DNA of 46,232 nucleotides from a virus (Duplodnaviria; Heunggongvirae; Uroviricota; Caudoviricetes): IMG/VR virus record IMGVR_UViG_2778261384_000001; one strand, 5' to 3'. Shown piece by piece: positions 31,014 to 39,859 of this stretch (position 1 is its first letter; each line of letters starts with the position of its first letter). The notes under the pieces were generated by a model. It saw only the letters and a program-made list of their open reading frames with translations, ran no database searches and was not told where the DNA came from. The position numbers and the translations under genes were made by a program.

Positions 31014-31041
31014 ATAATAAAAAACCCGCCTGAGCGGGTTT
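31014..31041 (-). terminator. rho-independent terminator (minus strand) about 280 nt downstream of cspB
   Basis: 8-bp stem aaacccgc/gcgggttt with ctga loop, then TTTATTAT on minus strand. Confidence 0.5.
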
Positions 31042-31322
31042 GAGATTGTGGTGCTTTTTGTGGGAGTCATCCACTTACGCACTTTGTTTTGCCATGCCAG
31101 CAGTTAGCTTCTGCTGTAAAACTATTCATGCAGCAAACCTGCACTTCACCACAATGGTTAGCATACTTTTCCTGATTAAGATTTTGCCAAATATGCTGGC
31201 CATTGTTTCATGTATTGGACCTCCTTAAATTTTATTAAAGAAATCCAATATTCACTACTCTGTCCGTATCTCTACTCAGGCATCAGCCTTCTTCGTTATC
31301 GTATACAGACGAGCGATGAATT

Positions 31323-31538
31323 TTAATCAGTAATGATGACATTTGCTGCTGCAGGACCTTTAGCACCACTCTCTATAGAGAAGGTAACCTTTTGACCTTC
31401 AAATAAGGTTCGATAATTATCATTCTGAATCGCAGAAAAATGCACAAACACATCTTTACTACCATCAACAGGAGAAATAAAGCCGAAACCTTTATCAGCG
31501 TTAAACCATTTTACTAAACCAGTCATTTTATTTGACAT
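31323..31538 (-). CDS. cspB: cold shock protein CspB (71 aa)
   Basis: [38 protein letters not shown]... Confidence 0.9.
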   Translation of the reverse strand: MSNKMTGLVKWFNADKGFGFISPVDGSKDVFVHFSAIQNDNYRTLFEGQKVTFSIESGAKGPAAANVIITD

Positions 31539-31838
31539 TCTACATTCCTTAACTTGAGCCTTTCGGCATAAATGGTTTGCATAACAGAAACGACTTCGTA
31601 CTTAATTGGAGAGACTCAAAGAAGGAATAAGTGAATAACACCTGAAATGAGAACTGCTTTAGTAAACTACTTCGTATATCGTCTGTTCTTCAAACCGACG
31701 CAATCATTAACGCATAGTTGAACATATGAAGCAATGTTTATTTTAGACATCCAGCCATCTTCAACCCCATCAAAAAACTATAGCTTTCTTCAGGAACGTG
31801 TGTATAGTGCGCCAAGTTATCAGTATTAAGGAATTTTT

Positions 31839-32051
31839 TTGTCCCGTAAAATGACAGGAATTGTCAAAACCTTTGACGGCAAAAGCGGCAAGGGTCTTAT
31901 CACCCCATCCGATGGTCGTATCGATGTCCAGCTTCATGTTTCAGCGCTCAATCTCCGCGATGCAGAAGAAATTACCACCGGATTACGCGTGGAATTTTGC
32001 CGGATAAATGGTCTGCGTGGCCCTTCAGTTGCCAATGTTTACCTTTCATGA
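31839..32051 (+). CDS. cspF: cold shock-like protein CspF (70 aa), apparent TTG start
   Basis: [27 protein letters not shown]...; divergent from cspB. Confidence 0.85.
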   Translation: MSRKMTGIVKTFDGKSGKGLITPSDGRIDVQLHVSALNLRDAEEITTGLRVEFCRINGLRGPSVANVYLS

Positions 32052-32344
32052 GCTATATTAAAGCTTTAATTTCAGGCCCCATCGGATCACACATGGAGAG
32101 TTTTTATGAATAACCCCGTCTGTCTTGATGACTGGTTGATTGGCTTTAAAAGCTTATGCTGTACTTTGGCCGTAATAGCTCTGCTAATAATATAATAAGC
32201 AGACTCATTGTGTTTAGGGACATTGTACTGGAAGAAAACATTTTAAACATCAGGCAAATAACCAAGTCACCAGCTAAATAATAAGTTAACAGACATGAGT
32301 CCCGGGATGAGATTCAACATTACCATTGCCCCATTTAAAGCACA

Positions 32345-32366
32345 AAACCCGCTCATCAGCGGGTTT
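32345..32366. terminator. hairpin terminator usable in both directions (cspF terminator; candidate late tR')
   Basis: Stem aaacccgc/gcgggttt with tcatca loop, T-runs on both sides. Confidence 0.5.
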
Positions 32367-32412
32367 TCTACTTTTTCTTAACGTCGGGTATACAAAGCCC
32401 ATCATTGAAAAA

Positions 32413-32441
32413 ATTTTATCCATATTTTTTGAAAAATGCAA
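32413..32441 (-). promoter_or_regulatory. candidate late promoter PR' directly downstream of Q
   Basis: Minus strand TTGCAT (32441..32436), 17-bp spacer, TAAAAT (32418..32413); about 35-60 nt downstream of the Q stop. Confidence 0.4.
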
Positions 32442-32472
32442 ACATCATGTCGCCATCTTCAGCAAAAATCAT

Positions 32473-33225
32473 TTATCTCGTCACCTTCCTCAATTGCGCT
32501 TCCGCGTATGCTTCTTCCTGCCAGCACTTTGTTACCAGTTTACCAATGACGTCCGCATACCCCTTATACCACTGATAATCGGTCAGGTCTGGTACCAGCT
32601 TCTGGACATGACGTCGTGCCAGCGTGGTCGGTAAACGACTAAACCGGTTTCCATTACAACGCCCACAAATCTTATATACCGGTACGCCATGAAACCGGGT
32701 TCTTTTTTCATCCAGAACAATCCCTTTACCCTTACACCCTCTGCACGCTGTGCTGACTTCGCCCTTACCATGGCAATGCTGACATAGTTCCTTCACCCAT
32801 TCTTCCTTGATTACAGATTCCCCGCGTCTGTAGTGTTTCACCACTTCGCGCAATACATTATAAAATCCCGTACCTGAACAATGCTCACAGCGAGCCTTAC
32901 TTGCCGCAGACCTGGAGTAATCAGCAAAGGCAAAATTCACGAGGTAAGGAATAATCTGTAACCGGATTTCTTCACTCAATTTGTTCAATGTCGGGTTATC
33001 CAGTGCCATCGCGTAATTTAGCAGGCCTTCAATCGCAAACTGAGCGTCCTGAACACCAACTTTTGCCAGAAATAAGGCCAACCCAAGTGGTGCTTTCGAC
33101 TGCACCATCCCCTGCGCTGCCATTACATCCGTAATTGTTAAACAACCGGTGCCTGTCGCTGGAGCGTCATCGCTCAATTTTGGAGATTTTGGGGAGTAAT
33201 ATTTTGGTAAGGCTTCAAGGTTCAT
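32473..33225 (-). CDS. quuQ: late antiterminator Q (phage-82-type), 250 aa
   Basis: Multiple Cys zinc-finger motifs (CEHCSGTG, CQHCHGKG, CRGCKGKG, CGRCNG); ATG 33225 with GGAG RBS; ORF-track start 33255 is TTG. Confidence 0.85.
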   Translation of the reverse strand: MNLEALPKYYSPKSPKLSDDAPATGTGCLTITDVMAAQGMVQSKAPLGLALFLAKVGVQDAQFAIEGLLNYAMALDNPTLNKLSEEIRLQIIPYLVNFAFADYSRSAASKARCEHCSGTGFYNVLREVVKHYRRGESVIKEEWVKELCQHCHGKGEVSTACRGCKGKGIVLDEKRTRFHGVPVYKICGRCNGNRFSRLPTTLARRHVQKLVPDLTDYQWYKGYADVIGKLVTKCWQEEAYAEAQLRKVTR

Positions 33226-33238
33226 GCTCGTTCTCCAC

Positions 33239-34288
33239 TTACGCCAGTACGCCAATTGCCAGCGCGCGATCGATAAAACGAAATATCAGCTCCAGTTGGG
33301 AGCCATACTTCTCTTCAAATGCCACTGTATCCGTATGCAGCTCGTTGTGATGCTTTCTGCACAAAGGCAACACAAAGAGATCATGTGCTTTTGTTCCCAT
33401 TCCGCCCTGCCCGTGACCAATCAGATGATGCGGATCGTCGGCTGGCATACCGCAGCAAGCACACGGCTGTGTCTTAACCCAACGAGTGTATTTCTCCTTA
33501 ACCCAGCGGCGACGTTTAGGCAGCTTCATGAAAGATTCCGGAGACTCTGGATCAACGTTGATGCTTACCACCGTCTTTTCCTGTGATGGGTTTTGTTGCT
33601 GGTGGGCGTAAGGCAACGGTGCAAGATTTTTTGTGCGTTGTTTCAATATGCTGGTGGCGGTCTGCTCTCCCGGTACGATGTCGCTTTCGCGGTACACCGA
33701 GCAGATTTTTTCCGCTGGTAATCCCAGCGAACGACGCGATACAGCCTCAGGTAGTGCATCCACCACCTGATTGCAGACCGCCCACCAGGATAATTCAGCC
33801 AAAGATAATTCCCGCTCCTGCGTACCGCTTATTGCGTGACGGATGACGTCAATCACCCATGCTGTCAGATTTTGTTGAGCAAGCAGCTCCAGTGATTCCG
33901 ATGTCTGGTCACGCAGTTGGTTGTCGCAGTGCCAGCACAACACCATTGCGCCGGTACCATAACGGTGAATGACTGTTTCAGTGTGATGGTAATCGCCATT
34001 AGGCCACTGGCAGGATGTAACATGACGTAATAGCCAGTCAGACAATGCGCCAACGCCGCCAGCAGCACGAATCACCCGTTCGTTACTAAAAAACGGTAGC
34101 AATGTTTTGTCTTCCGCCAGCGGCTGGCGAACGGCAGGAACGACTCCGGATGGCAGATTACGCATGCTTTTTGGTTCCGGTTCCACCAGCACTCGAGGAT
34201 TATGAAATATCTGTATGGATTCACGGCCCGGCTTAAGGACCACCAGCCCAAGCTCAGGCACCAGAACAGGTCTAAGTAATACCCGCAC
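33239..34288 (-). CDS. ydfU: DUF968-type protein with HNH-like motif, YdfU (349 aa), GTG start
   Basis: GGAGG 4 nt upstream of GTG 34288 right after the rem stop; C-terminal CCGMPADDPHHLIGHG...CRKHHNELH. Confidence 0.75.
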   Translation of the reverse strand: MRVLLRPVLVPELGLVVLKPGRESIQIFHNPRVLVEPEPKSMRNLPSGVVPAVRQPLAEDKTLLPFFSNERVIRAAGGVGALSDWLLRHVTSCQWPNGDYHHTETVIHRYGTGAMVLCWHCDNQLRDQTSESLELLAQQNLTAWVIDVIRHAISGTQERELSLAELSWWAVCNQVVDALPEAVSRRSLGLPAEKICSVYRESDIVPGEQTATSILKQRTKNLAPLPYAHQQQNPSQEKTVVSINVDPESPESFMKLPKRRRWVKEKYTRWVKTQPCACCGMPADDPHHLIGHGQGGMGTKAHDLFVLPLCRKHHNELHTDTVAFEEKYGSQLELIFRFIDRALAIGVLA

Positions 34289-34289
34289 G

Positions 34290-34568
34290 TTACCTCCAGA
34301 TCCGTTGCTGGAAAGTGCGGGACGCACGTGGTGGGCGTTCGGAATAAGGCAGCCTGACAGAGATTATCCAGTGCCGATAGTCGAGACTGAGAGCTTTCTT
34401 AACCTCGAACCCGCGCCTGCGGTAAGAATGAATCAGCCATTCGGCCTGTTCTGCAGTGCATGGAGGGTGCTGGAACCATTCAGACTTGAATGCGTGAGAA
34501 TACCGCCCGTGCGTGCAGGCAAGAACGGGCGAATTATCAGAATTGTAATATTTTACGTTGCGTGCCAT
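34290..34568 (-). CDS. rem: small prophage protein Rem-like (92-aa ORF)
   Basis: Recalled as Rem (MARNVKYYNSDNSPVLACTHGRYSHAFKSEWFQHPPCTAEQAEWL...); GGAG RBS; position upstream of ydfU. Confidence 0.6.
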   Translation of the reverse strand: MARNVKYYNSDNSPVLACTHGRYSHAFKSEWFQHPPCTAEQAEWLIHSYRRRGFEVKKALSLDYRHWIISVRLPYSERPPRASRTFQQRIWR

Positions 34569-34634
34569 CGGTTTTCTCCGGTGGCACGGTGTTACTCAGC
34601 GGGAGTTCAGCCCCGCGCAAGATTATAGATGAGT

Positions 34635-34886
34635 TTATTCTTCTGCAAAAGCTGAAAAGCCTGCTTTTATTCCGATCTCTTTCAGTGCCTGTAATGAAGT
34701 GACAAACTCACCTTCGCGCAAGATAAATCCGTCTGTCACTCGACCATCCACAAAATTAATTAACGCAGCCCCATTCTTTCGCAAACACATAATGCGGTAA
34801 TGACTAACAAGATTTCCATTTTCAACGCACACAGCATAGAGGCCATCTTCACAAAAAATTTTACGCAGTTCTTCGATGTTCATCAT
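34635..34886 (-). CDS. hypothetical protein (83 aa)
   Basis: ORF track; GGAAGGA RBS before tandem ATG ATG at 34886/34883. Confidence 0.5.
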   Translation of the reverse strand: MMNIEELRKIFCEDGLYAVCVENGNLVSHYRIMCLRKNGAALINFVDGRVTDGFILREGEFVTSLQALKEIGIKAGFSAFAEE

Positions 34887-35004
34887 CAGAATCCTTCCGG
34901 ATAATTAGCTCTCCCCTTTAAGGGACCATCCCTCTTATCCCTGCGCGCTACTTAAGTATTTTTGATTCTATTCCGGCACCGTCCAGAACTTCAAACGCGT
35001 TGAA

Positions 35005-35034
35005 AATAAAAACAAAAACCCGCCGAAGCGGGTT
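35005..35034 (-). terminator. rho-independent terminator downstream of hokD
   Basis: Stem aacccgc/gcgggtt, loop cgaa, then TTTGTTTTTATT on minus strand. Confidence 0.55.
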
Positions 35035-35102
35035 AAGTGCGGGTGCGTTGAGGATGCCTGCCACATCAGAGGTGGCGAGGGATTTCTCCCTCGCCGGGTC
35101 TC

Positions 35103-35258
35103 TTACTCCTCAGGTTCGTAAGCTGTGAAGACAGCGACCTCCGTCTGGCCGGTTCGGATTCGTACCTCGCAGAGGTCTTTCCTCGTTACCAGTGCCGTCA
35201 CTATGACGGTTAAACAGATGACGATCAGGGCGATTAACATCGCCTTTTGCTGCTTCAT
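35103..35258 (-). CDS. hokD: Hok-family type I toxin (51 aa)
   Basis: MKQQKAMLIALIVICLTVIVTALVTRKDLCEVRIRTGQTEVAVFTAYEPEE; AAGGAG RBS; overlapping upstream frame (mok). Confidence 0.85.
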   Translation of the reverse strand: MKQQKAMLIALIVICLTVIVTALVTRKDLCEVRIRTGQTEVAVFTAYEPEE

Positions 35259-35315
35259 AGCCTGCTTCTCCTTGCCTTTCGGCACGTAAGAGGCTAACCT
35301 ACATATGTCTAGCAT
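35103..35315 (-). CDS. mok-like overlapping leader reading frame that couples translation to hok
   Basis: In-frame ATG at 35315 extending over hok as in hok/mok/sok loci. Confidence 0.45.
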   Translation of the reverse strand: MLDICRLASYVPKGKEKQAMKQQKAMLIALIVICLTVIVTALVTRKDLCEVRIRTGQTEVAVFTAYEPEE

Positions 35316-36059
35316 GAAATTGGCCTCAGATTAATGTTAAGCGTCTTGCAGGACGCGTAATGTTAACTGGGGCTTTTCTCTATCTGCCGTTGGTGTTCAT
35401 GCCTGAGGCAGATAGCCTCAAGCACCCGCAGCAATTCTACTTAACTCCCGTCACCTCGCCAATATAAAATCAATCAGAAAGGCGATCCGTAAGAACAACA
35501 GCAAGACAATAAATTGCCATTACAGTCGCAATAGCTAGCGCACATTTGAGAACCAGCACGACAACCTCCTGTATTGGACGTACACCAGTTCTGATAAATA
35601 TGAGGCTGTCTCATCATTGATTCAATATAACTATTGGGTATAGTTTCTGTGATTTTGTTTTGTAGAAATGGAACACAACAACCAGTTACCACCAGCACTT
35701 CTTTAAATACGCCAAGTCCGACGCAAGCTAACCTTCTAGTCCGCTTTGAGTGAGAAGCAGACATTTACTTAACCGGATAGCAAGAGACTTCATACTACAG
35801 CTCATACATCATGGTTGATCCCGGAGTTTTCAGCAATGGAAATTGCCCACATGATCGTACCGTAACCACATTAGAAGCAGGTTCACTTTGTGAATTTTGA
35901 TTGTGTCACCCTATCAGTTTTGAATTTTTATAAAAAATATTCGCAAATTTGTGAATTATGAGAGGCATACGAGCATGGACAACCAATGTTACTTTCATAC
36001 ACAATGAAGCAACATGATAAAAATACACTGACTTTAGTAAGTAAATTTAGGAGATTGCG

Positions 36060-37394
36060 ATGTTTAGCTTAATCATGGCCGGAGAACCGGACGTTTTTGA
36101 CCGCTGGCCGTGTATGGACCCTGAGCTTAAAGAAGGCAAGGAAAGCTTCTCGATGTCCCGCATGCTGGAAGGCACCCCAAGCAATATTTACAGAAAATTA
36201 ACACCAATAAGACCCGATACCTTAAGAGTACTCGCCAAGCTACCGGTGTTGTTCATGACCGAAATTTATACAAAAGATGATGAATATGATACAAACAAGT
36301 ACATCAGGATCAGGCTTGGGGAAATAAGAAATTTACGTAAAGATGGTGGCGATATTTTATTTTCTTTCAAGATTAATCATGATTTTGGAGAAATAACGAA
36401 TCCCCAAACGACATTATATAAAGAAACCCTAGGACTAGGATCTTTCGGGTTAAGTCGTACACATTGGGCAGTAAAAAATAAGGATTTGAATATTGTTCTG
36501 GAATTACTTGGTTTAAACAAAAAAAATAGCCATCTGAAAGGTACAATCAAATTAAAAAAACAAACATACCCAGTAGTCGAGAATATTATAGATTATCTTA
36601 ATTTCATTAAGAAAAACTTTCGTGATGGTCTCATTACCTTCTATCGTGGACACTCTAAAAGCTCATATGAGCTTGTCCCCTCTCTTTACAGAAAAAATCA
36701 AAACGGGACGTACAGGCATCTTGCTTCAGAATCTGATTTAGTACGTGAAATACTCAGCGCAAGACCAAATGAATTTAAGGAGGATAAATTTACGATTGAT
36801 AAACTTGTCCGCATGCAGCATTATGGCTTGCCTACAAGACTCTTAGACATTACATCTAACCCACTGATAGCATTATATTTTGCTTGCTGTTCGAACCCCG
36901 ATGAAAACGGACAGGTGATTGCGTTTTCAACAAACAGAAAGAAAATTAAATATTTCGACTCAGACACAGTGAGCTGTATAGCAAACTTATCACTTTTATC
37001 TTACGAAGAGTTGGAAAAATTGTCTTCCATTGATGCCAGAAAAGGTAGTATGGAGTTACCTGAACTCACTGATAAACTTGCAGACCTTATACAGAATGAA
37101 AAATCATATTTCAGAAACAGAATAATCCCTGATGACTTAAAGAAAGTTGTTTTCCTTAAGGCAAAAATAAATAATGAACGCATACAATCTCAGGCAGGAG
37201 CTTTTCTTCTGTTCGGACTTGATCCCATTTTACCGGAAACAGATGCTGAGTTTCCTCTTAACAGAGTGGAGATAGCGAACAAAAATAAAATTCTGGAAGA
37301 GCTGGCACAGCTTAATATATCCGAAAGCACTGTATATCCCAGCATGGAGAAAACGGCAGCAGAAATTACAAAAAAGTTTTTATCGGTATCATAA
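36060..37394 (+). CDS. FRG-domain protein (444 aa) with unrelated about 190-aa N-terminal region; prophage moron, candidate defence gene
   Basis: FRG-domain signature FYRGHSKSSYELVPSLYR ... MQHYGLPTRLLDITSNPLIALYFAC; AGGAG RBS at 36049-36053; AT-rich; opposite strand to flanking operon. Confidence 0.85.
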   Translation: MFSLIMAGEPDVFDRWPCMDPELKEGKESFSMSRMLEGTPSNIYRKLTPIRPDTLRVLAKLPVLFMTEIYTKDDEYDTNKYIRIRLGEIRNLRKDGGDILFSFKINHDFGEITNPQTTLYKETLGLGSFGLSRTHWAVKNKDLNIVLELLGLNKKNSHLKGTIKLKKQTYPVVENIIDYLNFIKKNFRDGLITFYRGHSKSSYELVPSLYRKNQNGTYRHLASESDLVREILSARPNEFKEDKFTIDKLVRMQHYGLPTRLLDITSNPLIALYFACCSNPDENGQVIAFSTNRKKIKYFDSDTVSCIANLSLLSYEELEKLSSIDARKGSMELPELTDKLADLIQNEKSYFRNRIIPDDLKKVVFLKAKINNERIQSQAGAFLLFGLDPILPETDAEFPLNRVEIANKNKILEELAQLNISESTVYPSMEKTAAEITKKFLSVS

Positions 37395-37631
37395 AGGGAT
37401 AAACTAAAGGAAACGAAAACTAAGACTGCGCAGTCTTCAGGTGGAAGTACTCATCGGGAACGGTTTCAGGGGCAAAAACTGGAAGCTCCAATGGCCTTGA
37501 GCTGCTCCCTATAAATTAACATATCTCAATGTTATCAATGTCTGCTTTTGGCACAAAGCGGACAACCACGCTAGCTCTACCCTGTGCCACAAAATGTCAA
37601 TTTGCATCTGAACTAATGCACTTTAATCTCG

Positions 37632-38054
37632 TCACTTCAATAAATACCGGACATCCCCCTGATAAAACGACAATATGCGCTGCATAACTTCGCTTTTACG
37701 ACACTCAGTACAAATCATATTATGACGCCTGTCGTAACGACGTATTTCTCCGTCAGGTAATGACCAGATAAGGTCCGGATCAACCGCAGATGGTTCCTTC
37801 AGCTTTACCCTTGAGAGCTTTTTACGGGCATTTTGCCAGTCCTTACGCGCCTGTTCAGACGGGAATAACCCGTAACCAGAGTTGTATACATCGCCGCTGG
37901 CAACCAGCTCTCTTGCGAGAACGCTCATCAGATATCTTGTCGCACCTGTCTTGACTTCCAGTTGCCGTAACGTCTCACGCCCACTCCGGCGTACGAGTTC
38001 AACAACCTGCCCTTTAATTTTTTCCCGCTCTTCTTGTGTAAAAACTTTTGCCAC
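37632..38054 (-). CDS. hypothetical early-operon protein (140 aa), GTG start
   Basis: AGGAGG 4 nt upstream of GTG 38054; C-terminal Cys pair CTEC. Confidence 0.6.
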   Translation of the reverse strand: MAKVFTQEEREKIKGQVVELVRRSGRETLRQLEVKTGATRYLMSVLARELVASGDVYNSGYGLFPSEQARKDWQNARKKLSRVKLKEPSAVDPDLIWSLPDGEIRRYDRRHNMICTECRKSEVMQRILSFYQGDVRYLLK

Positions 38055-38094
38055 AAGCCCTCCTGAAAATTACCTCATGACCAGAAATTAACAC

Positions 38095-39060
38095 TTACCC
38101 CCTGAAGCCCGGCGGAATTTCGGTATCCGGCTCAGAAATATGATTCACACAACGCTGTACAGACGAACGCCCCAGGCGGATAACCAGTTCATCCCATTTT
38201 TCGCGAAGCTTTGACGGACTCATGATATTTTTTACCCAGAATGGATCCCGCTGCACCCGACCAAACATTTCACAAATTTGTCTGTGAGTTCTGCCATCCA
38301 GCATCCGCATTGTGCGCACGTCGTTGGCCCATGCGGTCCAGTTGGGTTCTTTCGGTCGCGAAATCTCGCCATCATCGCTGGCGGCCTGCTCGTAAAGACT
38401 CACGATTCGCCCCCAGATCCACTGCGCACACGCCAAATCTTCCTGGCTGCCCCACTGGCGTTTTTTCGCACTGAACACAACCGCGTCAGGGTGTCGGGTT
38501 AAAAAATCCTGTTCAACCGTCTGCGGGTCCGGTTGCGAAGCTTCCGGACGAGAAGTCTTTTTATTCTCTGTAGTAATCTCTGTTGTATTCTCTGTAAGAT
38601 CATCAGGCCATTTTGACCCGATGACATTGAGTCGTTTTGAACCAATGGAGCGTTTCATTTTGACCTCTTCCATCGTGTCATTTTGACCTGATGGAGCGGC
38701 GCATTTTAAACCGATGGATTCGCTCAATTTGCCACCATCTAAAAGCTCGCTCCCGTAGTTGATCGTGTAGAAATTGGTCATATCGCGCTTTGATTTATTG
38801 AGCTTTTCACAACGCAAAAGCCCCAGCGTTTTCAGACTTGCAAACGCGCGCTTTAACGTTGACTCTGACCAGAATGGGAACTGTTCCAGCCATTGTTCCG
38901 TTGTGTTATAAATCCAGCGAACACCATCACATTCCATGCCGGAGTTGGTATCTCTCAACCAGTAGTGCAGTTGTTGCAAAACAATGGCTTCGTTTAAGCC
39001 AATTTTCATTGCCAGCTGCGTGTTTATAACCAGTGGGCGTTCAGCAAAAAGAAGACTCAT
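38095..39060 (-). CDS. putative replication initiation / replisome organiser protein (about 321 aa)
   Basis: N-terminal winged-helix-like segment (LAMKIGLNEAIVLQQLHYWL...LKRAFASLKTLGLL) at O-gene position; ATG 39060 (ORF-track start 39114 is TTG). Confidence 0.55.
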   Translation of the reverse strand: MSLLFAERPLVINTQLAMKIGLNEAIVLQQLHYWLRDTNSGMECDGVRWIYNTTEQWLEQFPFWSESTLKRAFASLKTLGLLRCEKLNKSKRDMTNFYTINYGSELLDGGKLSESIGLKCAAPSGQNDTMEEVKMKRSIGSKRLNVIGSKWPDDLTENTTEITTENKKTSRPEASQPDPQTVEQDFLTRHPDAVVFSAKKRQWGSQEDLACAQWIWGRIVSLYEQAASDDGEISRPKEPNWTAWANDVRTMRMLDGRTHRQICEMFGRVQRDPFWVKNIMSPSKLREKWDELVIRLGRSSVQRCVNHISEPDTEIPPGFRG

Positions 39061-39562
39061 AATTCCATCCAGCTTTTTGTTGGTATTGCTGTCGATACGC
39101 AAGCTTGAAAGCAATTGCTTTTTCTATAAGTTCGTCAGTTTCACGATCTACAACGGCAGGATCTGCAAAAAGCAGTCCGGATTCCACCACATCGCCATAT
39201 TCTTTATTTAACCCGGCGATCATGTACGTAATACTTTTTCCATCACTGATCTCACGATACAACCTGAAATCACTAATCCGGATAGCCTCCATAATCGCAG
39301 GCACTAGCGCCCTGAACTTTTCACGCTTATCCCTGGTGTCGATAGCCTTCCAGCGTTCGAATATCTTCACTCGATTAACGCCAAGCGCTCGCTGATCAAC
39401 CGCGCCACCTTCATCTGTGACACGCTGAACATCGATGTTCGGGCGCTCTTTCAAAGCCCAGAATGCTTCAGTGATTAATATCGTCGCCTGCTCCTGTGTC
39501 ATTCCTGGTCGACATATCCAGGCATCCAGAGCCTCACGAGCCTGTTCAGGAGTGATTTTCAT
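39041..39562 (-). CDS. hypothetical early protein at the CII position (173 aa)
   Basis: ORF track; start overlaps dicC stop by 17 nt (translational coupling). Confidence 0.55.
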   Translation of the reverse strand: MKITPEQAREALDAWICRPGMTQEQATILITEAFWALKERPNIDVQRVTDEGGAVDQRALGVNRVKIFERWKAIDTRDKREKFRALVPAIMEAIRISDFRLYREISDGKSITYMIAGLNKEYGDVVESGLLFADPAVVDRETDELIEKAIAFKLAYRQQYQQKAGWNYESSFC

Positions 39563-39776
39563 TGTTCAACCGCCCCGCCCGCTTCGTCTTACGATATTCA
39601 TCATAAACTTTGGGATCATACTGAAGCTCCCCGCCAGATGCCTCCTGTAGACGCATCGCGCGACCTTCGGGAACTAAATCCCCTTTCCAGCTATAAAGCG
39701 AAGCCAAACGAATACCTGCTGCTTGTGCAAGTTTTGTTTTTGAACCGAAATACAAAAGAGCGTCAGTTTTAAGCAT
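39546..39776 (-). CDS. dicC: Cro-like regulator DicC (76 aa)
   Basis: MLKTDALLYFGSKTKLAQAAGIRLASLYSWKGDLVPEGRAMRLQEASGG...; divergent from dicA. Confidence 0.85.
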   Translation of the reverse strand: MLKTDALLYFGSKTKLAQAAGIRLASLYSWKGDLVPEGRAMRLQEASGGELQYDPKVYDEYRKTKRAGRLNNENHS

Positions 39777-39790
39777 TTAAAACACCTTTA

Positions 39791-39857
39791 TTGTTAGTTA
39801 TGACTAACAAAATAGATGTTAACAAAAACATAGTCAATACGATTTAGCATTAGCTAA
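39791..39857. promoter_or_regulatory. dicA-dicC intergenic operator region
   Basis: Perfect inverted repeat TTGTTAGT-tatg-ACTAACAA (39791-39810) and TTAGCATTAGCTAA (39844-39857) abutting the dicA start. Confidence 0.5.
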
Positions 39858-39859
39858 CT

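Noticed and set aside
31540-31838. tRNA gene searched for in the cspB-cspF intergenic region
   Set aside because: No cloverleaf-compatible sequence recognised; region is better explained as divergent csp promoters and long 5' UTRs.
35474-35764. 96-aa Cys-rich minus-strand ORF between hokD and the FRG gene
   Set aside because: No RBS before the start, implausible Cys-rich composition with CC pairs; treated as non-coding flank of the moron and hok leader.
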